Shown piece by piece: positions 53,278 to 64,000 of a DNA stretch of 64,000 bases; position 1 is the first letter of the stretch, and each line of letters starts with the position of its first letter. Source of the stretch: Saccostrea echinata (lineage: Eukaryota); contig NW_026889803.1 in assembly GCF_033153115.1 (NCBI RefSeq), positions 62,124,001 through 62,188,000 on the forward strand, written 5' to 3'. The notes beneath the pieces are model-generated. The model did not search any database, was not told the DNA's origin, and worked only from the letters and a program-made list of their open reading frames with translations. Position numbers and translations under genes: made by a program.

Positions 53278-54270
53278 ATGGATATCCAGAGTCCATTCCT
53301 CCATGTGGCAGCTATTATCCTACTTTACTGGACTGTGTCAATTTCTATGGTGTTTGTCAACAAACATATCCTCAGTGGAGCTTATGGGGATACAGACTTA
53401 TCAATCTTTATTGCCTGGTACCAGAGTTTAGCTGCAGTGACCATCATACAACTTATAGGATGTATGAGGAAATTTTGTAGGAAATGTTTTAAAGTACCAG
53501 AAATTGATTTTCAAACTCTCTTTCACGGTGACATAATAAAACTATCCCTGACTTTCATAATGAGCATAACACTCAACAACTTAATGTTGAAGCATATTGG
53601 AGTGGCTTTCTATCAAGTTGCTCGGTCTTTCACATTGATTTTTACCATCATCTTGTCTTCCAGCATGTTAAAGCAACCCCTCACTTGGAAGGCCTTATTA
53701 GCTTGCCTGTGCATTATCACTGGGTTTGTGATTGGGATTGATCAAGAAAATGATACAGGAACACTAAGTGTATGGGGCATTATTTATGGTTTGATGGCCA
53801 GTTTTAGTGCTGCTATATGTGGAGTGTACTTTAAACAGGCTGAGAGAGTACTTGAAGGTGACAGTTTAAGGCAAGCTTATTACAACAACATAAACTGTTT
53901 TTTTCTCCTGTCTCCTCTTATTTACAGCACAGGACAAGCCAGGCAGGTCATCCAGTCAGAGATGTCCTTATCCATGGATTTCTGGATTCTTTTGACTTTG
54001 TCTGGAGTTCTTTCCCTTGCTATTGGATGGGTCAGTGCTTTACAGATAAAAGTTACCTCCCCTGTTTCCCATCATATCAGCATTAATGCCAAGTCTGTTA
54101 CACAGACAATTATTGCCATCATCTATTACAAGGAACAGAAAACTGTGTTGTGGTGGTGTGGAAATATATTGGTCATTTGTGGAGTTTTGTTATATACATT
54201 GATGAAAACAAACAAGCAAGCCACACAAAAGTCAAATTCCTCTTCTTTAAGTTTATTGACTTCAGCTTAA
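53278..54270 (+). CDS. SLC35C1: GDP-fucose transporter 1-like (SLC35C1 family), ~330 aa, intronless CDS
   Basis: Multi-TM protein with LYWTVSISMVFVNK, VAFYQVARS, GIDQE, YYNNIN, LQIKVTSPVSHHIS..AKSVTQT; acceptor TTTTTAG at 53257-53258 precedes ATG 53278, so the ORF-track extension from 53071 is probably intronic. May be a paralog. Confidence 0.85.
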   Translation: MDIQSPFLHVAAIILLYWTVSISMVFVNKHILSGAYGDTDLSIFIAWYQSLAAVTIIQLIGCMRKFCRKCFKVPEIDFQTLFHGDIIKLSLTFIMSITLNNLMLKHIGVAFYQVARSFTLIFTIILSSSMLKQPLTWKALLACLCIITGFVIGIDQENDTGTLSVWGIIYGLMASFSAAICGVYFKQAERVLEGDSLRQAYYNNINCFFLLSPLIYSTGQARQVIQSEMSLSMDFWILLTLSGVLSLAIGWVSALQIKVTSPVSHHISINAKSVTQTIIAIIYYKEQKTVLWWCGNILVICGVLLYTLMKTNKQATQKSNSSSLSLLTSA

Positions 54271-55124
54271 CCAATTTATTGGTTGGATAAATGATACATA
54301 ATTTATAGATTATCTACTAGAGTTGTAACTGAAAGTCTTTGATACTATTTATTTAATAAGAATATATTGATGTTTAGGATATACATCACTGGTACGTGTA
54401 TTGTATCATAATGAATGTGCTATTTTTATACTTGATATATTTTTGAAATGGCAACCATAGATTTCACAATTATTTTGTATATTTTTTTTTATCCCATGTT
54501 TACCCCTTTATCCCGTGGATATCACTCATTTGATATTTTTTTCATATCCCACTGCTGTGACGTCACAATGGGTTTTGTGTGAAAGTGATGAAGTAAAATA
54601 AAGTGGATTCATATATAAAAATGGTGTAAAACATTGATAGTGATGTAGTAATAAGAATCCTATATATATAGCACAGTCAGAAAAAGTGGTTGGGAGTTTC
54701 AACTCACTTTAACATAACCATGGTATTTGAGATCTCTCTGTTAGAGATACTGAAGTTTAACTGAATTTTGATTTTAGTACCATCAAAGTTTGTGGATTTC
54801 AGAACTGAAAATGCAGGTACATATCAGTGATTTATTTACTTTTACAAACAGTCAAACCTCATTATCTCGAACTCAGAAAACTTTGAGATATCTGAGAATT
54901 TGAGTTATTGAGGCTAAAATACTTTAATAATAAGTGGTTGGGACTCCAAAATGACCTTGACATATTAAATATACCATACTGGCATTTGCCCATGTATGTA
55001 TACACACTCATATAAAGTGCCTTTGTATGTTGTTCTCAATTAAAAAAAATAAGTACCCCCAGTTACAAATTGAAAATGGCAAGAGTTTTATTTTTAGCAT
55101 GCAAGAAAAAAAAAACTCTTTTAA

Positions 55125-55750
55125 ACTGTCGTCAACTGCATCAATATTTTTTACCTTGACTTTTTCTTTGACCTTGACCTCACTTTATTTAAATTTGTGT
55201 TTACCCAGTTTCAAAGACACTATTCAAGATATTTTTATCAAATCTTATATGCCGAAACATATTGGTGAGACCAACATGTTTTGGCCTTGACCTTTCTTTT
55301 GACCTTTACTTCACTTTTCCCATTTACCCAAGTTGAAAAGAAAATTTTTAGCTTTAAAGAAACTATTTAAGATATTTTTATCAAACTTCATATGTGGAAC
55401 ATATATTGATGAGAGCTATTCAACTGCATCAATATTTTTTATCTTTGACCTTTTCCTTGACCTAACTTTTCATATATTTGCATTTAGCTCAGTTTGAAAG
55501 AAACTATTCAAGATATTTTAATGTGAGCTTATGCACTAATACATAATTTGGTGAGAATTTATCAACTGTGTTCATTTTTTTTTTACCTTGACCTTCCCGA
55601 TGGCCTTTGACTTTACTATTTATTATGTATAAAACAAACTATTCAAGATATTTTCATCAAACTTCATACATTAATACAAATTTTCATGTTGCATTAGTAA
55701 TGAGCCCTTGGCAGGGCATTCCTGTCCTACAGATCGAGATATTTCTAGTT
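55125..55750 (+). repeat. Satellite-like ~140-bp units typical of Helentron-associated repeats
   Basis: TCAACTG(C/T)..TTTTTT.CCTTGAC..TTGACCTT..ACTATTCAAGATATTTT..AAACTT units at ~55131, 55421 and 55562. Confidence 0.6.
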
Positions 55751-55799
55751 TATGTGCAATACGATGTATGGTGCTGTGTATCCTGGTACATGTCCTACA

Positions 55800-56760
55800 G
55801 GCTTTACATAGATTTTGATACAGATTGTTGTATAGTTGTAAATGATAAAAAGAGTATATGTTGTTAATGATACAGATTTTGATACAGATTGTTGTATAGC
55901 TGTTAATGATAAAAAGAGTACATGTTGATAATGATACAGAGTGTGTACAAATGTTTAATGTTACAAAGTGTTACACAAATTGTTAATGATACAAAGTGTT
56001 TCATAAAATTTAAAGTTTGAGAGTGTTGTACAAATTTCAATGATACAGAATTTTTATGGTAATGATGCAGAATGATGTACAAAAGTTTATGACACAATGA
56101 AAAAGTGTTTTACAAATGTAAAATATTTTTGTTGTTGTTTTATTGTATAAATATTCACGAGAAAATATATCGTACAAGTGTGAATGATAGTGTTGTACAA
56201 ATTATATAATGTGTTGTACACAGTGTTAATGATCCAAAGTGTTGTACAAATGTTAATGATCCAGAGTATTGTATAAATATTGATGATACAGAGTGTTGTA
56301 CAAGTGATTATGATATGATATGATGTTTCAGCTTGTAATACAAATCACAGAACTTTAGATTGCTTTAATCCAATTGACATACTCAAAGGGGATTTAAAAA
56401 AGTATGACAGTCATGTTAAAATGATCTAAAAATAATGATTTAAATTTTTAATGGAAAAGAGTTCTTAGAAATGTTAATGATACAAAGAGTTAACCTTATG
56501 TTATGTAAGTTACAGAGAAACATACACAAATGTTAATCATTAAGAGTGGTCAATAAATTTAATGATATAATAATGTTAAAATGCTTATGATGATATGAAA
56601 GGGTTGGTTACATCATAATGGAAGAGAGGGTTGTACAAATGTTAATGATACAAAATATTAAATAAAATTGTACACTTATGTTAAAGATTAAAGTTAATGA
56701 TAGGGACTTTTAAAATGTAAATGATACAAATTGATGTACAAATGTTACTGATAATGTTAC
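55800..56760 (+). repeat. Degenerate ~27-bp minisatellite
   Basis: Recurring TGTTGTACAAATGTTAATGATACAGAG-like units. Confidence 0.7.
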
Positions 56761-57994
56761 TGCAAATTTCATTCCTGTGTGTGGTGAATATGAAATCAAA
56801 TGGTGCTAAATACCAGTATCCATATGAATTTACAACTTATAAGCTTAACTTAGCAGGAGACTCTTTAATTTTTTTATGATTTTTTTTTAATGATTTATGT
56901 GATATTTTTGTTTTTTTAAGAGCAGAAGGTTGTGATTTGTCAGATTTATTTACAAGCCTCCTGTAGAAGCATTCATATCTCTAATCATTATCTTGTAATT
57001 AGTATAAAGCCATAAAAATTGTATTAATAGTATATATGCATCCAGTGTTTATCAGGTTCAAAACAACACAGATGAACCTTGTGGTCCAAAGGTCCTTTGT
57101 TAATTTTTACCATTTGTTTATTGTCATAAGTGACATCATAATGTTTAATGTGATATTAAAGTGTACAGTAACTGTACATTCTTTGTTGTGTTTTGGAAAT
57201 GAAAGTTTTAGATAGATATTGATATTTGATAAATGTTATTTATTCATTCTTTTTTTTTCAAGAAAGGTCTCTGTTGATCTAAAACCTTATGATCATATTG
57301 AACAAACCAGTTATCCAGGGTATAATGGAAATAGGATAAAATCTTCTTTTATTTGAAGATTTTATTCATCTCTTGCAAGACCAACAAATAGCCAATTTAC
57401 ATAATTGTAACAATTATTTATCGGAATGAAAATACAACAGGTGTTATTATAATGAAAAATTTAATCAAAATATTTTCATGGTAAAAATTGTTCTGTTTTA
57501 CCTCAGGGAACCCTTAAAATTGAAATCATGTTAGATACAACCTTAAATTACCAATTAAAAAAAAAAACAATTTCTTCTTTACACTGTACATTGAAAAGTA
57601 AAGGTTACTAATGTAACTTCTGTGTAAGATAAACAAACTTACACATGCAGGTACTATAAAGCCATTTTTATGGAAGGATGGATCAAGTGTAATATCTTTA
57701 TTGATTTTTAGTTATTTTAAGGGTTTTTAATTATAATATTGCGTGCTTGTGTTCTCCAAAATAACACATCTGACAAGTGTGATATGTCGGAGTTATTGTA
57801 AACGAAGAACGTTTTACAGGGGTTTTTCAAACAAATATTTTCCTACAAAAATACATTTAAACAATATAAAACTTTTTTTAAAAAGTGTTCTAAAACTTAA
57901 CAAAAACACATTGATTACAGTCAAATCTTTCATAGCGATCACCTGTACTGAGCGACTTCCTGTCATATTCAACTGTTAAATTTCTTCATAAAAT

Positions 57995-58140
57995 ATGGAG
58001 ATAATGAACAGTATTCAAGCTCAAAAGTCCATTCAAACAGTACATTTCAAGAGCAGAGCAAACACGGACCTCTAAAACATAAGAGGTTGAATCAGGTGCC
58101 GTAGAGGAGTGAGCATCCCCTGCCGACCGGTCCCACACAC
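57995..58140 (-). mobile_element. 3'-end fragment of a high-copy bivalve LINE-like repeat
   Basis: Minus strand GTGGGACCGGTCGGCAGGGGATGCTCACTCCTCTACGGCACCTGATTC; recognised from recollection of oyster LINE 3' UTRs only. Confidence 0.45.
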
Positions 58141-60231
58141 ATGATATTTTACCAGCATTCCCGAAATTACCGACTTCCTGTCTAACACGACATACAGTCA
58201 CTTTCGATCCTAAAGATGTTTAAGACCCTGAATTTGGAGACTTTCAACTCTACTTTCGATAATAAAAATAATAAAATACTTTATTTATTTGTTCCCCAAC
58301 GCAATTTGCAGGAGATTATAATTAGCTGAGTATATTTCACAGTGTGTGATTTGGTATCAAATAGATACTTATTGAAATATAAACATACTAAATGAAATCC
58401 GGCGTAAGCTCGGAAAAATGAATTTTACCACTGTTAACGATACAATTCTTATAATCAAGAAGAAATACTTTGTCCAAAATTCGGCAATTAGTTAAGGAGT
58501 AGAAGTACATGAACACATTAACCCCCACCCCCTTCTTTTTTTGTTTTTGTAAAGGCAAGAAAAAAATTACTAATTTCATTAATTGATATTTTTACTTTAC
58601 ATGTTAGCAATTTTATTTTCTTCATTTTGATACCTGTTGTAAATACATATTGTACTTCGGGTGTTATCAAGGATAAAATATGCACATTTTATAATTACTG
58701 CGCTATGCATCTTCGGACGCTGGCCAAAGGTTTGTGATTCGTACCTCTTCGGTGCAGATCACAAACCCTTGGCTAGCGAAGATGATTTTACTCATGATTT
58801 TATCGGTACATTTTTCGTAAAAATTAGCCCTTCACACCCCATAAAATGTGAAAACTGAAAAGGTGCCACTTTTACGTATAATTTGGACAATACGTACGGT
58901 ATTCATTGAATTGACATTTTTTCTTTACCTATTGCACTTTGGGTTCGTTGCCATAACGTTTTCGACTGATACATAAAAAGAGAAGACGATATATTTAAAA
59001 CAGCTTAGTGAAACAAGAGGGTTACATGATCGATATTAGGTAGTGCATATTAGAATACAAATTTTAATTTTTTAATTTAATTTATTTTGACAAAAACCAT
59101 GCACATGTGGCGCAAGTCATACATACAGTAAACAAATACAGTCACATAAATTTTCTTATACAATATTTATTGGCGCAAACACAATTACAATAATTGGCAA
59201 AGGCACAACATACAAGAATCATCAATTGTTCATACATTTAAACAATATTCTAGAATGTGAAGATACACATAAATATGTTACATGCATCACGTATGAAATT
59301 ACATATACTTGAACTGATTTAATATCTGCTGGATTAAGTATTTCATAAGATATACATGTATTCTTAAAAAGTGTACTATATTCACTTCGAAGTTGTTTAT
59401 AAAGAGGACATACAAATAAAAAATTATGTTCATCTTCAACAATATTTTGATAATTAATGCAATATCTTTCATCTCTTGGTATAATTGGATTAAAATATCA
59501 GAACGGGGAGTTGGTCGGGGTTCCGTCCCCAAGCACCTGTGATATATAGAGGGGAATGACTGTTTGATCGAGGACTTTATTTGCGATTCATATGCCTGTA
59601 GTCCAGTAGAGAAAAACTGACACTTAAAAAAATTTATATCTTTATAAAATGGCAAATATTCTAAACTATGGATTTTTAGGGGGAATAATTCATTTTAATT
59701 CGTTTATTTATCAATTAAGGGCCCTGAAGGGGCAACTAGAAATACATTGTAAATACTAAGAAGGTCTTATACTTTTAATACAATATATACAAACAAGAGA
59801 GAAAGAGTTGCATGATTGAACACTGTTGAAAGGAAAACAGACATAAAAAGGGGACTACATTGGTAATGCTAAATTGCAGTTTACCTTTTTAATATCGAAA
59901 ATGTTCATCTTCAGTTTTATTAAGCATACGATTTTTACATATTCTTTCTGTTCTAACTTTTTATTATGTTATTATATCTGCCCAATATTATATGAAAAGT
60001 CTGTGTGCTGATACAAGTTCATTTTCCGGAACAATGATTCCCCCATACCGAATGACATTTTGTCTTTTACTCTCCAAGCACTTGTTCCGTTTTTATTCCA
60101 TTCGGATTTTGAATGACTCAAAAGATTTTAACTTTTTAATTTATTGATTTTAAACATCAGAATACAAGAACTTTACGGTAAGTTTACGTAATTCATATAA
60201 ATTGTTGATTGCTTTTTCAATTCAGAGGGAA

Positions 60232-60310
60232 ATGATCATTGCAAACATGGACTGTGTTCATGAAATTTGCAACGTGCCCGAACCCGCGAATTTAGATTTT
60301 GGCGTTCAAG
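60232..60310 (+). CDS. Probable first coding exon of a gene continuing beyond the window
   Basis: AG|exon 60226-60310|GTAAGT encoding MIIANMDCVHEICNVPEPANLDFGVQ; 17-nt upstream exon 60161-60177 with GTAAGT donor; another acceptor at ~63965 (YEAAPVVDLSD). Frame linkage not established. Confidence 0.4.
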
Positions 60311-60818
60311 GTAAGTAGACGGGTGGATCCTTGTAAACTTGTAAATTTTATTTAGAGTCGACACTGTGTACGTAATGCAATAAAAAATCTGAACAATATA
60401 GAGCTCTTAAACCGACTACTCTTAGAATTATGGGTTGTGAAATATTAGCTGTTATTTATTTTAATTAATAGGTCATTAGGTGCTTCAAGTAATTCAAAAG
60501 CATTAAAACACATGATAGGTCATTGGTATTTTAATAAATTATTAAGCATTGAATTATTGTTTTTGGATTTTGTTGGGTGTACAACTGAATCTGGCCTAGT
60601 TAAAATAATCTGTGTCTCAAGATAGGGCCTCATCACAGTTAGAATGCCTTCCATATACTAGTTAGAATAATCTATCTGTGTCTCGAGACAGGTCTCACTA
60701 CAGTTAGAATACCTCTCATATACCCGCAATATAGAAAATTGTACAATCACTCCGAAATTATATTGGAGAAAATAAATGAAGTTGCAATAAATAACCATTA
60801 AATTAATCATAACAAACC

Positions 60819-60972
60819 TTTTTAGCTCACCTAAGCAGAAGCTCAAGTGAGCTTTTCTGATCACTGTCATCCGTCTGTCCATCTGTAAACTTTTCACATT
60901 TTCAACATTTTCTCAGGAACCAATGGGCCAATTTCAACCAAATTTGGTACAAAGCATCCTTGGATGAAGGGT
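60819..60972 (+). mobile_element. Helentron/HINE 5' end and first satellite unit
   Basis: TTTTAGCTCACCTAAGCAGAAGCTCAAGTGAGCTTTTCTGATCAC..TCCGTCTGTCC..TAAACTTTTCACATTTTCAAC..GCCAATTTCAACCAAATTTGG. Confidence 0.8.
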
Positions 60973-62193
60973 AGGACTGTGTCAGTATATCGACATATCA
61001 ATACATATTCATGTTCAAGAATGTATCATATCAAAAAAATAACTTCCAATACGTATTGGGCAGGCAGTTTTGCTTGTAATTCTGTAAAAAAAAAAAAAAA
61101 GTTCGGAATTTCAATCATCTAAGATTATATTTAAATGTTTTGAATTAGAACTTATTAGTAATGATATAACCATAAAGGAAATAGCACATTTTAATTAATT
61201 GCAATAACTGCGATACAGAACACTTTCCGTGGGCGTTTCTTATGCAAATGAGCAGAAACTGTACATTATCTGCAAAATATCAATGATACAGTACAGTTAA
61301 TTTTTAGCGATGAAGGAAAACTGAATCTGCATCTTAAATGATATAGACCTAAGAATCATTCAAATTACATAATAGCACTGTTAGTATTTATTCAAAATTT
61401 GAGATGAATTAAGAATAGAATTTTTCAACATAAAGTTACCGGTGGCGGATTAAAAAAACTTTAGAAAGGAGAGATTGGGGGGCAGTACACAAATGGTTTT
61501 CTTTAAAAAAAAATGTCCAAACTGGAAAATCAGGGATTTCCTGAGGGTAGATTCATAATCAGGCTTGACACTAAGTGTGTGATCATTACATGTTGATAAA
61601 TTAGAAGTGTATACGAAAGCCAAAAAGAAAAAAAAAATCAAAAAGGGGGGATACCTATGTGCGCAAGTGAGTTCTGGATTCACCTTTGGTTACTCTACAT
61701 TTTGTATCAAACATGAAGGTAATATGCCCATTTCTTTCATATGTTTATTTCAATTTGGAGCCAAGAATTTTGTATACACACGTATGACGACCAGTCGATG
61801 ACATTAAACGTTGATTATTTCCCTGCATCATCAGACTTTGGCGTATCGGACCATCACACATTAGCACAGTGCGTCTTATAGGAAACCAACNNNNNNNNNN
61901 NNNNNNNNNNNNNNNNNNNNNNNNNNNNNNNNNNNNNNNNNNNNNNNNNNNNNNNNNNNNNNNNNNNNNNNNNNNNNNNNNNNNNNNNNNNNNNNNNNNN
62001 NNNNNNNNNNNNNNNNNNNNNNNNNNNNNNNNNNNNNNNNNNNNNNNNNNNNNNNNNNNNNNNNNNNNNNNNNNNNNNNNNNNNNNNNNNNNNNNNNNNN
62101 NNNNNNNNNNNNNNNNNNNNNNNNNNNNNNNNNNNNNNNNNNNNNNNNNNNNNNNNNNNNNNNNNNNNNNNNNNNNNNNNNNNNNNNNNNNNN

Positions 62194-62275
62194 CCCTGGT
62201 GATAAGACTCTTATACTTCACATGTGTAATCCCTGTGACAAGACTTTCCTTTAGATACCAACAATTATAGCCCAT

Positions 62276-62306
<31 letters not shown>

Positions 62307-62623
62307 GTAAAACTTTTAACCTTTTTAACCTTTGCCATATCTTTTGAACGGTTGGTGTTAGGGCTTTCATATTTCACATGTGTATTTCTTGCGAGAAGGC
62401 ACCATTAATTTTTTGACCATTTGATCTTGACCTTGATGTTTGACTTACTTTTGAAAAACTTTAACCTTTTCCATATCTTTTCAATGGTTGCTGCTAGGGC
62501 TTTCAAAGTTCACAAGTATATTCCTTTGGACAAGACCTTTGGGTACCAACATATTTGATATACATTTGAGAAATTTTAACTTGCCATACTAGGGCATCAG
62601 TGTTTCACAAACACATCTTGTTT
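62194..62623 (+). mobile_element. Helentron-associated satellite units and 3' end, adjacent to a gap
   Basis: ~150-bp units with TGACCTTGACCTT..TTTGAC(C/T)TACTTTT..TTTAACC; ends GGGCATCAGTGTTTCACAAACACATCTTGTTT. Confidence 0.7.
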
Positions 62624-64000
62624 GGTCTTTAAAAATGATAATTTTCATTCATCTTTATTATTGATTTAGTGCCTTTCAAGGCTGTACAGTAAATCTCAAT
62701 CATAGCAAGTTTACACATTTATAATGAATTCATGCGTACAGTGGAGATTTTCAGTCCTGGTACATGGTTTTAAAATGTATTGTTATCTTAACAGATAAAA
62801 CAAATTACTGTTTATAAGGAATCAAAATTGCACGTCCCTGGAATTTTGCTATAAGCATGTTTTACTGTATGATTTCCATCAGTCATTGTTTTTCAGTATT
62901 AACCTGAAATTGGATAAGCTTTCCCAAATTGTATTGCGAATTTCCACAACATTGGGTAAAGCACATATATTCAAAAGCACAATTAAGAGTGCTAATTTAT
63001 AGCTTATATGTTGACAAAAACATTTAAAATCAAAAGAAATGTGAAATATTTATTTAAAAAAAAAATAGTTAATACTCATGTATATTATAGATTAAAATAG
63101 GAAATATTTGTATGTTGTAAATGTAATAGTCACACATATTGAGAATAGAGTACATATATGTCCACTTCTATGGAAAAGTGTGCTATTCTATCATAATTAC
63201 CTATTACGGTAACCATTAACAGAAGATGACATGCAAGATATTCTTGGTGGTAGCTTGTGTTGTCTCCGCTTTGTTACTTTGTAATAGTGCATCTGTTAAA
63301 AGTACAAAATTCACAACTGGCATCATTGCATACTGATTGTTAACGGGATTGAAATGTTACTTTATGTTGTTTGGGGGAATTCCTATTTTGTTTAATTCAC
63401 ATGACAAATGAAAAAGACATTGGCCTGTCCTGATATATTCTACACCTTTTTTTTCTATCAGTTAAATCATTTGCCCTTCATTTGCTGTTTACTGCCTGGC
63501 TTTGATTATGTATTTACTAGAGATGAGTATCGACAAAAATTTTGCATCACGATATATCACGATTTTTCTCAATAACATCATGATAATATCATGATATTTT
63601 TACACATAACTTTAACTTTGATTTTAATGAATTTTCATAATTTGAAAACATAACTTCACTTTTTTTCATTTTTATTTATATATTAATAAAGTTTGGATGC
63701 TGGGGTGCCGTTGTTTTACTGTTTAATGACATCTTTTTCAATTACTATAATTGAACTTCAAAAGTTTGGACAAAAAACTTAATTATTTCTGGAATTTATA
63801 ATAATATACTGAATACCGGTATTTTAGTCTCCATATCACGATATGTATCACACAGTAAAAAATCACGATATACCCGTATACTGATAAAATTGCACGTCCC
63901 AAGTATTTACATATTTGGGGTGAGATTTGTAATGTTGATGATGGATGTTTTTTTTGATTATCCAGTTATGAGGCAGCTCCTGTTGTGGATTTAAGTGATG

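Overview
AT-rich eukaryotic genomic DNA with spliced genes and three N-gaps (36512-36685, 49273-49414, 61891-62193). The repeat families (V-domain tRNA-SINEs, Helentron/HINE-type elements with satellite cores, many MITEs) point to a bivalve mollusc, probably an oyster (inference). Genes reconstructed by hand from GT-AG junctions: EMG1/NEP1 (+, 6 exons), an astacin-EGF-CUB metalloprotease (-, 10 exons), LZIC (+, 5 exons, start ATG apparently missing), an intronless CE4 chitin/polysaccharide deacetylase and an intronless SLC35C1-like GDP-fucose transporter. There is also a 150-aa orphan gene with an 11-nt microexon, head-to-head with EMG1 and invisible in the ORF track. Most notable finds: a miniature LTR retrotransposon (TRIM) whose LTRs carry a 5S rRNA-derived Pol III control region, with tRNA-Leu-like PBS and PPT (52238-52864); a truncated LINE flanked by a ~260-bp apparent target-site duplication; and several large foldback elements. 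No CRISPR array, intact tRNA gene or intact rRNA gene was seen.
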